Shown here piece by piece: positions 31,905-42,065 of a stretch of 64,000 nt of DNA; the first letter of the stretch is position 1, and each line of letters starts with the position of its first letter. Source of the stretch: Clostridia bacterium (GTDB lineage Bacteria; Bacillota; Clostridia; UMGS1883; UMGS1540); NCBI GenBank assembly GCA_045533905.1, contig JAZSIR010000008.1:32001-96000 (forward strand), in the 5' to 3' direction. A model generated the notes under the pieces. That model was given only the letters and a program-made list of their open reading frames with translations, had not been told where the DNA came from and made no database searches. A program made the position numbers and the translations under genes.

Positions 31905-32500
31905 ACTGTGATTTCTCTCCTGCCATCCATTGCGCGGGCAAGCGTAATTTTATCTGCATATTCGAGGTCACTGCCCACCGGAATGCCGTGGGCAATTCTT
32001 GTGATACGGACGGAAAACGGCTTCAAAAGCTTTGCAATGTAAAGCGCTGTAGCTTCTCCTTCCACGCTCGGATTTGTGGCCATAATCACTTCTTCCACTT
32101 CGCCACCGGCCACGCGGGCGAGAAGTTCGCGAATTTTAATATCATCGGGCCCGACGCCGTCAATCGGCGAAATGGCACCGTGCAGAACGTGATACACCCC
32201 GAAAAATTCATGCGTCTTTTCCATCACTTCGATATCCTTCGGATTTTCCACGACGCAGATGAGTTTCCGGTTCCGACGGCTATCTCCGCAGATGCGACAG
32301 GGCTGTGTGTCAGTATGCCCCTGGCAAACGCTGCAAAGCTCTATGTTTTCCTTCACATCCCGAATGGCGGCAATGAAAGCCTCCGCATCCTTATCGGACA
32401 AAGACATCACATAGAAAGCAAGCCGCACGGCGGACTTTCTGCCCACGCCCGGCATACCTGCAAACATATCAATTAAATTTGCGATCGGCGGTGCATACAT
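31901..32500 (-). CDS. recR: Recombination mediator RecR
   Basis: PGVGRKSA.RLAF, C4 zinc finger, YHVLHG, EGEATA. Confidence 0.97.
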   Translation of the reverse strand: MYAPPIANLIDMFAGMPGVGRKSAVRLAFYVMSLSDKDAEAFIAAIRDVKENIELCSVCQGHTDTQPCRICGDSRRNRKLICVVENPKDIEVMEKTHEFFGVYHVLHGAISPIDGVGPDDIKIRELLARVAGGEVEEVIMATNPSVEGEATALYIAKLLKPFSVRITRIAHGIPVGSDLEYADKITLARAMDGRREITV

Positions 32501-32518
32501 CTTTCGTTTCCTCTTTTC

Positions 32519-32869
32519 TTAAAAAAGACCCGGCAGGTTCATACTGCCCGTGATTTTGCTCATTTCGCTTGAAGCCAGCTGTTCTGCCTTTCGAAGGGCT
32601 TCGTTGACAGCCGCAAGCACGAGATCCTCCAGCATTTCCACATCGTCAGGATCTACAGCTTCAGGCTTGATGCTGATGGCAATAAGCTCTTTCTTGCCGT
32701 TGGCAGTTGCCGTTACGCTGCCGCCGCCCACCGAAGCTTCCACCGTTTTCTCCGCCAGTTCTTCCTGCGCGCGGAGCATATCCTGCTGCATCTTCTGCGC
32801 CTGTTTAATCATATTGTTCATATTTCCGCCCGGCATACCCGGCATTCTCGGAAAACCACCTTTTGCCAT
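32519..32869 (-). CDS. ebfC: YbaB/EbfC nucleoid-associated protein
   Basis: [25 protein letters not shown]; between dnaX and recR. Confidence 0.94.
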   Translation of the reverse strand: MAKGGFPRMPGMPGGNMNNMIKQAQKMQQDMLRAQEELAEKTVEASVGGGSVTATANGKKELIAISIKPEAVDPDDVEMLEDLVLAAVNEALRKAEQLASSEMSKITGSMNLPGLF

Positions 32870-32882
32870 TTTCTGTTCCTCC

Positions 32883-34457
32883 TTAAAAATTTTCAAGTGT
32901 GGAGAGGGGGTCTGCCCCGCCCGCTTTTTCTACTTGCGATACCATATCAAAATCCACATCAGCCACAACGCCTGCCTTCTCGGAAAGTGCCGCCTTGAAG
33001 CCTTCGAGGCTTGCTCCCGTCAGCATTGCGCGGGCGGAAAGGAGCGAATCCTTGTCCGAATAAAGAAGATACAGCCTCCCGTTTCTGTCCTCTGCCGAGG
33101 TCATATCGGAAAGTGCCATCATCACCTGCAGGTGATTATTCTTCATGCAGTATGCGAGAATGGCATCTTTATTTTTCAGAAACGCTTCCGCAACGCCTTC
33201 GGCCACCTTTTCTGTTTTAGGTGCCACGGGCACCACTTCCTCTTTCGGCTTCTCTTCTTTTTTAGGAGCCGGTGCGGCCTTTGACGCGGGTGCCGAAGCG
33301 ACAATGCCGTTTCGCACCTTTTCCTCAAGCTGACCGATTCTCGCTGCAAGTGCTTCTGTGCCCTCGCCATAGACGGGATTTATCATCTTAATCATCGTAA
33401 TTTCGAATGCCACGCGCATATCTTTCAGATACCGCATTTTCGCCGTCATCTCCACAGCCGTTTCCAGACAGAACACAAGATGTTCAGCCGAAATACGTGC
33501 CGAAAGACCCCCGAGCGCCTCCGCCATATCCTCGGTAATATCAAGAGCGAGCGTGGGATCGGGCAGATAGCGGCACATCAAAAGGCTTCTGAGATACGCC
33601 GTGAAATCTTCTGCAAGGCGCAGGAAGGACTTCCCCTCCTCCGCGTACGCTGCAAGTGTGGTGACGGCCGCGCCCACATTTTTGTCGGCAATGGCAGCGG
33701 CGAGCTTATACAGAACCTCGCTATCCGTCGCGCCGATAAAGTCGGCAACATCGGCATAGGAAAGGCTATTGCCGCCGATGGACATACACTGGTCCAATAT
33801 ACTTAAGGCGTCGCGCATGGACCCATCCGCCTTCTCCGCCATAAGACGGATGCCGCGTTCTTCGGCCGCGAAGCCGTCCGCCATCAGAATCTTCTGCATC
33901 TGCGCCTCAATATCGGGCGTGCGGATGCGCTTGAAATCAAAGCGCTGACAGCGCGACAAAATTGTATCGGGCACCTTGTGTGCCTCGGTAGTTGCAAGAA
34001 TAAAATGTACATGTTCGGGCGGCTCTTCCAGAATTTTAAGGAGCGCGTTAAAAGCACTCGTGGAGAGCATATGCACTTCGTCGATGATATAAATACGCTT
34101 TTTAAGGCGTGTGCCTTCAAAACGCGCTTCCTCGCGAAGATCACGGATACTGTCTACGCCGTTATTACTCGCGGCGTCAATCTCCGTAATATCGAGGATT
34201 GTGCCATCGAGGATGCCGCGGCAGTTTTCACATTCGTTACAGGGGTTGCCCTCACGCGGAGAAAGGCAGTTCATCGCACGGCTTAAAATACGCGCCGTGG
34301 AGGTTTTACCCGTGCCGCGCGTGCCGCAGAAAAGATAGGCGTGCCCCACGCGCGCGAGGCGGATTTCATTTTTCAGCGTATTCGTAATATGTGCCTGACC
34401 GACCACATCATCAAAAGTCAGCGGACGCCAGGTTCTGTAAAGCGCTGTATACGCCAT
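32883..34457 (-). CDS. dnaX: DNA polymerase III subunit gamma/tau
   Basis: [32 protein letters not shown]. Confidence 0.97.
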   Translation of the reverse strand: MAYTALYRTWRPLTFDDVVGQAHITNTLKNEIRLARVGHAYLFCGTRGTGKTSTARILSRAMNCLSPREGNPCNECENCRGILDGTILDITEIDAASNNGVDSIRDLREEARFEGTRLKKRIYIIDEVHMLSTSAFNALLKILEEPPEHVHFILATTEAHKVPDTILSRCQRFDFKRIRTPDIEAQMQKILMADGFAAEERGIRLMAEKADGSMRDALSILDQCMSIGGNSLSYADVADFIGATDSEVLYKLAAAIADKNVGAAVTTLAAYAEEGKSFLRLAEDFTAYLRSLLMCRYLPDPTLALDITEDMAEALGGLSARISAEHLVFCLETAVEMTAKMRYLKDMRVAFEITMIKMINPVYGEGTEALAARIGQLEEKVRNGIVASAPASKAAPAPKKEEKPKEEVVPVAPKTEKVAEGVAEAFLKNKDAILAYCMKNNHLQVMMALSDMTSAEDRNGRLYLLYSDKDSLLSARAMLTGASLEGFKAALSEKAGVVADVDFDMVSQVEKAGGADPLSTLENF

Positions 34458-34494
34458 ACTCTTCCCCTTTCTGAAGTTCCTTCTGTATAAAAAA

Positions 34495-34754
34495 AGCCGT
34501 ACGCCCTTTTTTCGAAGCTGCATTATAAGTGCGGTGATTTTGCAGCCGGCTGATGCCAGGCAACCTCACGGCACACGCAAATGACCGCTTATCGCTGCTT
34601 GGTTCCCCACCTGACGAGGTTCACGGGTTTGCGTCGCGCAAGACCTGACCGTAAACACCGCTTACAAAAGCCGCCCGGATAACAACAGTCCTCCAAAAGG
34701 GCATCATCCCCGCTATAGCGGATTGCGGGTACAGGGCACCGCTAACTCCCCGAC
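34495..34754 (-). ncRNA. ffs: Large bacterial SRP RNA with Alu domain
   Basis: 5' GGGGAGTTAGCGGTGCCCTGTACCCGCAATCCGCTA Alu-like domain and helix-8 motif TCAGGT-GG-GGAA-CC-AAGCAGC; upstream of dnaX. Confidence 0.93.
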
Positions 34755-34769
34755 TTGTACGACAGTATT

Positions 34770-34798
34770 ATTATACACGAATTCGCCGAAAAATTCAA
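34770..34798 (-). promoter_or_regulatory. SigA promoter of ffs
   Basis: TTGAAT-N17-TATAAT. Confidence 0.7.
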
Positions 34799-34826
34799 TA
34801 CTATTTTGAAATTTATTTCCCAAAGG

Positions 34827-34863
34827 AAAAGAGCAGGCAGGATTCTCTCCCGTCCGCTCTTTT
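34827..34863 (-). terminator. Intrinsic terminator after the permease gene
   Basis: AAAAGAGC..GG/CC..GCTCTTTT imperfect stem with T-run. Confidence 0.6.
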
Positions 34864-35972
34864 TATACATAGCGAAGCCCGAGCACAAAGCCCGTAAGCA
34901 GCACCAAAAATGCGAAATTTATGACCGTAAACCGCCCAAGATAATATTTGATTTTCCCCGGTTCGTGTTTGCCGTACTCCCGAAACGTAATAAGGCTTGC
35001 AAGAGACGAAATGAGTGTGCCCACACCGCCGATATTGACGCCCACGAGAAGGTCTCTGTAATTCTCCGTAAACTGCGAAAGAAGGATTGCGCTCGGCACG
35101 TTGCTTATGACCTGACAGGACAGGATACTAAAGAGAAGCGTGCTCTTTTCAAGAAGGAATGAGAAAAATGCGCGCACGGCCGGAATTCTCGCCATATTCC
35201 CCGAGAATATGAAGAAAAATACGAATGTTAAAAGAAGCGGATAGTCTACCATTGCAAGCGCTTTTCTATCCATAAAAAGAAGGACGGCGGGAATCACCAC
35301 AAGACCAATCCAGTACGGAATGCCGCGAAACACAATCGCGATGGAAAGCGTAAACAGGAGAAGATATATGGTAGTTTTCTTTTTATCCAGTTTCGCCTCT
35401 TCCTCAGGAAGCGATAACGGCTCCGCCTCCACACACCAGAGGCAAAACGCCGTAATGAGAAGCACGGCGGCGATAAAGGGCGGCGCCATAATTTTTACAA
35501 ATTCCAGATTCGGGATTTCAAAAAACGAATACAGATACAGGTTTTGCGGATTCCCGAATGGCGTGAGCATACCGCCGAGGTTTGCGGCCACATTCTGCAT
35601 AATAAACGTAAACGCCATATATTTCTTCTTGCCGGTTGCCTCTAAAACGAAGAAGCCGAGCGGCAGAAAGGTTAAAAGCGCCATATCGTTTGCAATGAGC
35701 ATCGACCCGATAAACGTGATATACACAAGCGCCAAAATGGCGATTTTTGCATTTTTGCAGGTTTCCACGATTTTGCGCGCGAGCATATAGAAAAAGCATA
35801 TGTTTTTAAGGGCGCAAACCACCGCTAAAACACAAAAAAGGCAGGCAAGCGTTTTGTAATCAAAATAGTCAAGGTATGCGGCATCTACGGGCACGAAAAC
35901 GCTTGTGACAATCGCAGCCAAAAGCGCGATGCACATAACCGTATTCTTTTTTATGAATTCGATAACCGGCAC
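34863..35972 (-). CDS. SLC13/ArsB/CitM-type anion permease
   Basis: ANDMAL, AANLGGMLTPFGNPQN, SNVPSA, GG.GTLISSLA; multiple TM helices. Confidence 0.88.
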   Translation of the reverse strand: MPVIEFIKKNTVMCIALLAAIVTSVFVPVDAAYLDYFDYKTLACLFCVLAVVCALKNICFFYMLARKIVETCKNAKIAILALVYITFIGSMLIANDMALLTFLPLGFFVLEATGKKKYMAFTFIMQNVAANLGGMLTPFGNPQNLYLYSFFEIPNLEFVKIMAPPFIAAVLLITAFCLWCVEAEPLSLPEEEAKLDKKKTTIYLLLFTLSIAIVFRGIPYWIGLVVIPAVLLFMDRKALAMVDYPLLLTFVFFFIFSGNMARIPAVRAFFSFLLEKSTLLFSILSCQVISNVPSAILLSQFTENYRDLLVGVNIGGVGTLISSLASLITFREYGKHEPGKIKYYLGRFTVINFAFLVLLTGFVLGLRYV

Positions 35973-36059
35973 GCCTATCCCCCGCTTTCTTTCGCATAAA
36001 TTCCTAACACAGTATAGCAAAACGAAGTAGCAAAGTCAAGGCGTTTTGGAAGAATATTC

Positions 36060-36088
36060 TTGACAACATCCGCATAGTGTGCTATACT
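36060..36088 (+). promoter_or_regulatory. SigA promoter of TPP riboswitch-thiT
   Basis: TTGACA-N17-TATACT; a divergent TTGACT-N17-TATACT at 36011-36039 serves the permease gene. Confidence 0.75.
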
Positions 36089-36099
36089 GAAGAAAACTG

Positions 36100-36192
36100 A
36101 ATGCTCGGGGAGCTTCCAAAGAGGCTGAGAGGGAATTTATCATTCCGACCCGTGAACCTGATACGGATAATGCCGGCGTAGGAAAAGAGTAA
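36100..36192 (+). promoter_or_regulatory. TPP riboswitch
   Basis: GGGGAGC...GCTGAGA...GACCCGTGAACCTGAT.CGGATAATGCCGGCGTAGGAA consensus, upstream of thiT. Confidence 0.95.
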
Positions 36193-36205
36193 AGTCATGA
36201 ATTTC

Positions 36206-36240
36206 GGAGATTATCTTTTTAGGTAATCTCCTTTTTGTTT
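36206..36240 (+). terminator. Riboswitch expression-platform terminator
   Basis: GGAGATTATC-loop-GGTAATCTCC followed by TTTTTGTTT. Confidence 0.8.
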
Positions 36241-36295
36241 TACATCCAAGATCAAAAGTTCGGTGTTCAGTTAAAACCTATAAGGAGTGTTCTAT

Positions 36296-36850
36296 ATGAC
36301 GAAAACGAAAAAACTGACTTTGAGTGCTGTACTCACAGCGCTCGCATTCGCGCTTATGATGGCATCGAAAGCCTTGCCTGCCCCATGGCTACAGGGCGGC
36401 TCCATCACGCTCGCGAGCATGGTTCCCATTATTTTGGTCTCTGTAATTTTAGGCACAAAATGGGGACTTCTCGCAGGGGTTGTATATTCCCTCCTCCAGA
36501 TGATAACAGGTTTCTACCCTCCCCCTGCCCCCAGCTTTCTTAGCCTTCTGGCTGTAATCTTTCTCGATTATGTCGGCGCCTTTTCCGTCCTCGGTCTTGC
36601 AGACTTCTTCAGCAAACTTTTAGGCGGAAAACCTTGGACTATCCCCGTAAGCGGCGCGATTGTAACGGGAATCCGCTATATTTTTCATATTCTCTCGGGC
36701 ATTTTAATCTGGGGCGTGTATGCCGATGGGCAGTCCGTCTTTCTCTACGCCCTTACCTATAACGGCTCTTACATGATTCCTGAAATTATTATTACCACGG
36801 TGGTACTTGCCTTTGTTGGGTCCAAAATTCGGGGGAAGTTTAATTTGTAA
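36296..36850 (+). CDS. thiT: ECF thiamine transporter S component
   Basis: QGGSITLASMVP, LDY..AF, HILSG..W, YNGSY; under a TPP riboswitch. Confidence 0.92.
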   Translation: MTKTKKLTLSAVLTALAFALMMASKALPAPWLQGGSITLASMVPIILVSVILGTKWGLLAGVVYSLLQMITGFYPPPAPSFLSLLAVIFLDYVGAFSVLGLADFFSKLLGGKPWTIPVSGAIVTGIRYIFHILSGILIWGVYADGQSVFLYALTYNGSYMIPEIIITTVVLAFVGSKIRGKFNL

Positions 36851-36874
36851 TGTCTTACGCCGGCAGAAAGCAAG

Positions 36875-36909
36875 AAAGAAGCGACAGTCAGATGACTGTC
36901 GCTTCTTTT
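36875..36909. terminator. Bidirectional terminator
   Basis: AAAGAAGCGACAGTCA-GA-TGACTGTCGCTTCTTT perfect inverted repeat between convergent genes. Confidence 0.8.
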
Positions 36910-38167
36910 ATCGTGCACAGGCCGCCTCGGGTTGTAATTGATTCTTCCCGGCCAGCACAGCTTTGTAAAGTTTTACGCTTACAATGATTTCGAGTACGGA
37001 GATTGCAAACAGTATGGAAACAACCAAAGCCATCGGGTAGTGCACCAAAAGGGCGGAGAAGCCAAGGCTCGTGCCGGCTCGTGCCAGTTTTACGCCGAGT
37101 TCGAGCATGGCGAGTAGCGTCTGGTGCTGCTCTCGGGGTGTGTTTTCAAACAAAACATCCTGCATACAGAGATTGAACGGGTCTCTGGCAAAAAGAATGA
37201 TAACGTATCCCACGGCCATTACCGAAATTTTAACAAGCACATGCGGAATGTACGCACCAAATAATATACATCCTATGGCGGCGGCAAGTAAAGCCGGTAA
37301 TGCAATGCCCATTTTCCCCTTGTATTTTTCATACAGCTTTGCAAAAACGATGTTGGAAAACACACGTATGATGCGCGAGGCACAGATAATGGCACCTATG
37401 ATGAGCGCTGTCTCCTCTACGTTGAAATCTAAAAACAGATGCTCTTGGATAAACAGTTTTCCCTCCGATTGTCCGCCATTGATAACAGTATAAAAAATCC
37501 CGTACCCCACAATCGCAAGTATGATAAACTTACTCCATTGTATTTTAACCTTCTTGCCCCCTTGGGTTTTAGACGAAACCTTGTTATACTCGGAGTAATC
37601 TTTCATCATGAGAGAAATGATAAAACCTATCGCGCAAGTTGTGATGCATCCTAACATCGGTAAATAATGATTTTGATTAAACATGAAACTGGCCACAAAA
37701 GAAATGAGCATGGTAATGACGGAATACACCGTGTTTGCGGAAGTTCGGATGCGCACAAAGTCTCTTCGTCTATTCAGTAGTTCGAGATTATTTTCAAGCG
37801 CCACAACGGAAGCACTACGGAAAAGCACGGAAATATCATGAAAAATTCTGCCGATCAAAACAAGATAATATTGTGCCCCAAAAGTAATACAAATCGCTGA
37901 TAGCAGCATAAAAAAAGCGCCTGTCCGGACAGATGTGGTATTCCCGATCTTTTTGATTATAAATAAAACGGGGAACTGGAGCGCGATACAGGCAAACTGG
38001 GAAAACGACACGAGGGAAACGATTTGTGCCGCCGAAAAGTTTTTTACAACTGTTAAGAACAGAGAATCTATCGCAATATAAAAGAGTAGGTCCGCCGTCA
38101 ATCCGAAATACCACGGATATGCCATTATGTATCTGTTTATTTTTTCACGCAACGCAATCTCCTCCAT
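36908..38167 (-). CDS. MFS-like membrane transporter
   Basis: About 420 aa with roughly 12 hydrophobic segments in two halves; degenerate motif A region (IKKIGN). Confidence 0.7.
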   Translation of the reverse strand: MEEIALREKINRYIMAYPWYFGLTADLLFYIAIDSLFLTVVKNFSAAQIVSLVSFSQFACIALQFPVLFIIKKIGNTTSVRTGAFFMLLSAICITFGAQYYLVLIGRIFHDISVLFRSASVVALENNLELLNRRRDFVRIRTSANTVYSVITMLISFVASFMFNQNHYLPMLGCITTCAIGFIISLMMKDYSEYNKVSSKTQGGKKVKIQWSKFIILAIVGYGIFYTVINGGQSEGKLFIQEHLFLDFNVEETALIIGAIICASRIIRVFSNIVFAKLYEKYKGKMGIALPALLAAAIGCILFGAYIPHVLVKISVMAVGYVIILFARDPFNLCMQDVLFENTPREQHQTLLAMLELGVKLARAGTSLGFSALLVHYPMALVVSILFAISVLEIIVSVKLYKAVLAGKNQLQPEAACAR

Positions 38168-38262
38168 TTTTAACCTGCCTCTTGATTTTACCACCATTTT
38201 AGTGTATACTCAAATACATATAATCAAATGAAGTTATAGTACGTATGCTATGGAGGGAAACT

Positions 38263-39216
38263 ATGGAGTTACTTGCACGCTATGCCCATGAGGTGTACAA
38301 AAAAGGAAGCTTTACAAAGGCTGCCAAAGCACTTTACATATCCCAGCCGTCCCTAAGCGCCGCAATTTCAAGACTTGAAAAGGAGTTGGGATTTCGAATA
38401 TTTGACCGTTCCACCATCCCCTGTTCCCTGACAGCGGAAGGCAGAATCTATATTGAGAGTATTGAAGAAATCGCCGAAAGTGAAAGTAATATGCAAAAAA
38501 GAATACGGGCGCTTTCCGACACCTCCCACGGGTCCATAAAGGTTGGCGGTTCCAGTTTTGCATCGTATTTAATTCTTTCTCAGATTTGCGGTGCATTTTA
38601 TAAAAAATACCCCGAAATAAATGTAACGGTTGATATTGGGAATGTGGGAAGCCCGCAGGTTCTGTTCGATAAATTAGATAACAAAGAAATCGATATTTTA
38701 ATAACGTATAACGACCAACACACGAACTACAAGATAGAACCAGTTCTGGAAGAGCGATTAGTGATTGCCCTGCACAAAAAAATGCAAGGCACCGAAAGAC
38801 TTCAGCATCTTGCTTTGACAAGAGAGGAAATTCTGACGAAAACGTATGCGCCCGATCGCGAAACCCAAGATATGTCGGTATTTCGTGATATTGAGTTTTT
38901 GGAATTCTCCCGTAAATCTGATACCGCAAAACGAATGGCCAAAATGCTTGGAAATTACAAAACCTCCCGTTATAAGATTGAAAACGCCAGGCACAGCGAA
39001 ATGCATTATAATCTAATGCACGCAGGACTAGGTGCGGTTGTCACCACGACCTTAGGAATCGCGCAAAAGCCCTATGATGAAGACATATTATTCTTTGTGC
39101 CTAGAAGCGAGGAATCCTATCGAAAAATATTTTTTGCGTACAATTTTTCCGCGAAGAACAACCCGCTTATCCAGAATTTTATAAAAGCAGCCAAAGAGAT
39201 TTACGCCGACAAGTAG
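38263..39216 (+). CDS. LysR-family transcriptional regulator
   Basis: GSFTKAAKALYISQPSLSAAISRLEKELG HTH; divergent from the MFS gene. Confidence 0.93.
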   Translation: MELLARYAHEVYKKGSFTKAAKALYISQPSLSAAISRLEKELGFRIFDRSTIPCSLTAEGRIYIESIEEIAESESNMQKRIRALSDTSHGSIKVGGSSFASYLILSQICGAFYKKYPEINVTVDIGNVGSPQVLFDKLDNKEIDILITYNDQHTNYKIEPVLEERLVIALHKKMQGTERLQHLALTREEILTKTYAPDRETQDMSVFRDIEFLEFSRKSDTAKRMAKMLGNYKTSRYKIENARHSEMHYNLMHAGLGAVVTTTLGIAQKPYDEDILFFVPRSEESYRKIFFAYNFSAKNNPLIQNFIKAAKEIYADK

Positions 39217-39247
39217 ACACCAGGTCATTGACCGCATGCGCAAAAAA

Positions 39248-39351
39248 AGTGTGCAATGAAGTGTGCAATGACTTTGAAAGTGAAGCTTTTCCCGAAAACG
39301 AAAAAAACGCTGAAACCCTTGAAAGGTCAGCGTTTTTCCGTGGAAAAGCCG
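39248..39351. repeat. 12-bp tandem repeat plus nested inverted repeats (att-like scar)
   Basis: AGTGTGCAATGA x2 (39248-39271); AAAAACGCTGA/TCAGCGTTTTT; outer GCTTTTCC/GGAAAAGC. Confidence 0.55.
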
Positions 39352-39380
39352 AATAGTTTAGATGCCGTACTTTACCTGAT

Positions 39381-39655
39381 TCAAATCTGTTTGATTATAA
39401 AATCTTCTTCTGTTTGCAGAACATATGCTTTTATATTTGACTGACAGTTGATGTTTTTTATTTCAATGTTTCCTTTGGATTTAACTATACATTCTCCATC
39501 AAATCCCTCTATACTCATTTCATCGATTGAAATCCGCTCATAATTATAAACTCTTATAAATTCACTGACAGAAGCATATTCTCTCACTGAGACAGACACG
39601 TTTTTCATTATCAACTCAACATTATTTGTTTCAGTATCCTTTTCTTTATTTGCAC
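39381..39655 (-). pseudogene. AT-rich gene fragment of unknown function
   Basis: Frame is open upstream of the called start back to a TGA near 39657 with no clear SD/start; very AT-rich. Confidence 0.35.
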
Positions 39656-39807
39656 GTCAAAATAGCACTATTTACACAGTAAGAAAAGTTGACAAAAAAT
39701 GCACGGCCCTTTCATCCCCATTCTTTTAAAAAGTCGTTTTTGTCCAATTTAAAGTCTGAATAATATATTGATTTTCCAGATTTTAAATACTAAAATATAA
39801 TTGTGAG

Positions 39808-40677
39808 GTGAGAGCGTTGAAATGTTTTGAATTTAACCTTGAAAAAATCATAAAAGTCGTACTGTCCGGTAAACAGATTTTCACCGCCACAGACTCACAC
39901 GTAACCAGGGTTAATCCCGAATACATTATGTATTTTCAAATTTCAGGCTATCTCCACATTGAAAATGCAGGCAGCGACATTCTTTTAGAGCCGGGAGATA
40001 CTTTTCTTTTTAAAAAAGGAGATTTTCAAAAGCCGCTTGAGTCTTCTGCGTGTGAATACTATTATGTACACTTTACCACCGAGCCGGTTGCGGAGTTTGA
40101 TGTTACGGAAGAAGAATACAGGTCACTTGTATTAAACAAAAAAAATCCGTTTTCCGTTTTTGTAAAACAGAAAAACCACGTAGGAAGTCCGAAGATTCTT
40201 TCATACATAACTGATACTTTAAGAAATAACAAAATATGGAGTGTGAGCAGCACTACAGATGTTTTAAAATGCTTTTCAGCTTTTTCTTCTGTGCTTTTTA
40301 CATTGGAAAACATGGATTTTCGTGCAAATGAAAATTACAAAGGATATATTATCGTGAAAAAAATTTCCAATTATTTAGAATCACATTACAGTGAAAATTT
40401 CAATTCCGATTTACTTGAAGAAATTTTTAATTTAAACTACGACTATGCCAACAGGCTTTTTAAAAAATTCAAGGGTTCAAGCATAATGGCATACAGAAAC
40501 AAATTACGAATAATCAGGGCAAAAGAAAAAATAACCGTTTCAGGAAAGTCACTGAGCGAAATTGCAGCAGAAGTAGGCTTTGATGACAGTTGTTATTTCA
40601 GCAGATGCTTTAAAAAACTGGAGAATATTTCTCCCAAGGAATTCCGTGAAAGGTTGAACTCAAATGAAAATTTATGA
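39808..40677 (+). CDS. AraC-family regulator (cupin + HTH)
   Basis: LEPGD, YYYVHF, SLSEIAAEVGFDDSCYFSRCFKK. Confidence 0.93.
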   Translation: MRALKCFEFNLEKIIKVVLSGKQIFTATDSHVTRVNPEYIMYFQISGYLHIENAGSDILLEPGDTFLFKKGDFQKPLESSACEYYYVHFTTEPVAEFDVTEEEYRSLVLNKKNPFSVFVKQKNHVGSPKILSYITDTLRNNKIWSVSSTTDVLKCFSAFSSVLFTLENMDFRANENYKGYIIVKKISNYLESHYSENFNSDLLEEIFNLNYDYANRLFKKFKGSSIMAYRNKLRIIRAKEKITVSGKSLSEIAAEVGFDDSCYFSRCFKKLENISPKEFRERLNSNENL

Positions 40678-42010
40678 TTTGTCCGTCACTCACCTCTATG
40701 AAAACGACAGAAAAATTTCGCTTCTTTCTCTTGCTGTGCCTATTTTTATGGAACATTCTTCAGTCGGGCTTTCCTCTATTATTAACACTCTTCTTGTTTC
40801 CGGCTATTCTCAGGATATCGTTACAGCAATCGGAGTAGTAGGACAGCTTTCGGGATTTATCGCCAATATTCTTATGATTTCAATCTGTGGAATGCGTGTT
40901 ATTCTCGGGATTGAATTAGGCAGAAACAACAGAAAAAATGCCTGCAGTGTCATGGGGACAGCATTCTGGATGTCTCTTGTTTTTTCCTTATTCATCGGCT
41001 TTTTCTGCATATATTTTGCCGACGAACTGCTTTCCATGATGAATTTGTATGGAACCGTCAAGCAAATTGCATTAGACTATTCCTTTATTATATTCTGTTT
41101 TTACTCTATAACCACATGTAAAAGCCTCTTCGCCGTTGCACTGACGTGTAACGGTTACTCTATGCACACCTCCTTTTCCGTAATAGTGGCACAGGTCATT
41201 AATATAATCACAGGATGGTACATCCTTTACGGTGGCGTTGAAACACCCTTCAGCAAGGCTACGGGTCTCGCTTTATGTACGTTAATTTCGCAACTTGTTT
41301 CGCTTGTGTATATTTTAATTATTCTGATGAAAAAGAAGTGCCCTTTAGGCTTTAAATACAGTTTTTTTCAAATGAAAAGAATACTTAAAATAGGCTTGCC
41401 TGCCTCGGCAAACGGAATAGGTTACACCTTCGGGCAGACAGTTACAACAGCAATGATAGCAAGCCTTGGTCCCATTGCCATTACTGCAAAAATCTATATA
41501 AGCAGTATAGCTACATATATTTCCTACTTTAGTTTCTCAATAGGTCAGGCTGCAGCAATTCTGACGGGCCGATTCAGGGGAAAATTGCAACACGAAAAAG
41601 AAGACCGTCTGTTTTGGCATAGTATGCGTCTTGCTATGCTTCTTAACTTTTTTGTTTCCGTTTTCGTATTTATATTCAGGAAGCCTGTCCTTGAAATATT
41701 TACAGATTCACCTGAGATAATCGCATTAGCTGCAAAAGTTATGTTTGTAGATATTTTTGTCCAGCTTGCAAGAGGTTCAACCAATATAGGTGACCAGTTA
41801 TTAACGGCAAACGGCGATGTTAAGATTGTTTCTGCCGTATCGCTTTCAGCTTGTTGCGGAGTTACGGTACTTTTTGCGTGGTTACTTGGAATAAATCTCA
41901 GTTTAGGTCTTGTCGGATGCTGGATTGCATTTCTGTTGGAAGAAATCTACAAATCTTCATTTTATGTGCTGAGATGGAAAAATGGAAAATGGAAAAATCA
42001 GAAAATATAA
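40664..42010 (+). CDS. MATE-family transporter
   Basis: LAVPIF.E, RILKIGLP, LTANGD, W..GKW C-terminus; about 12 TM helices. Confidence 0.9.
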   Translation: MKIYDLSVTHLYENDRKISLLSLAVPIFMEHSSVGLSSIINTLLVSGYSQDIVTAIGVVGQLSGFIANILMISICGMRVILGIELGRNNRKNACSVMGTAFWMSLVFSLFIGFFCIYFADELLSMMNLYGTVKQIALDYSFIIFCFYSITTCKSLFAVALTCNGYSMHTSFSVIVAQVINIITGWYILYGGVETPFSKATGLALCTLISQLVSLVYILIILMKKKCPLGFKYSFFQMKRILKIGLPASANGIGYTFGQTVTTAMIASLGPIAITAKIYISSIATYISYFSFSIGQAAAILTGRFRGKLQHEKEDRLFWHSMRLAMLLNFFVSVFVFIFRKPVLEIFTDSPEIIALAAKVMFVDIFVQLARGSTNIGDQLLTANGDVKIVSAVSLSACCGVTVLFAWLLGINLSLGLVGCWIAFLLEEIYKSSFYVLRWKNGKWKNQKI

Positions 42011-42065
42011 TTATTTATAAGTGCTGATATTTTTATTCAGCAAACAAATTTAAGGAGAGAAAACA

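Noticed and set aside
33255-33265. Possible dnaX programmed -1 frameshift (A6G in the linker)
   Set aside because: The frame is CCT AAA AAA GAA, not A AAA AAG, and I saw no clear stimulatory hairpin.
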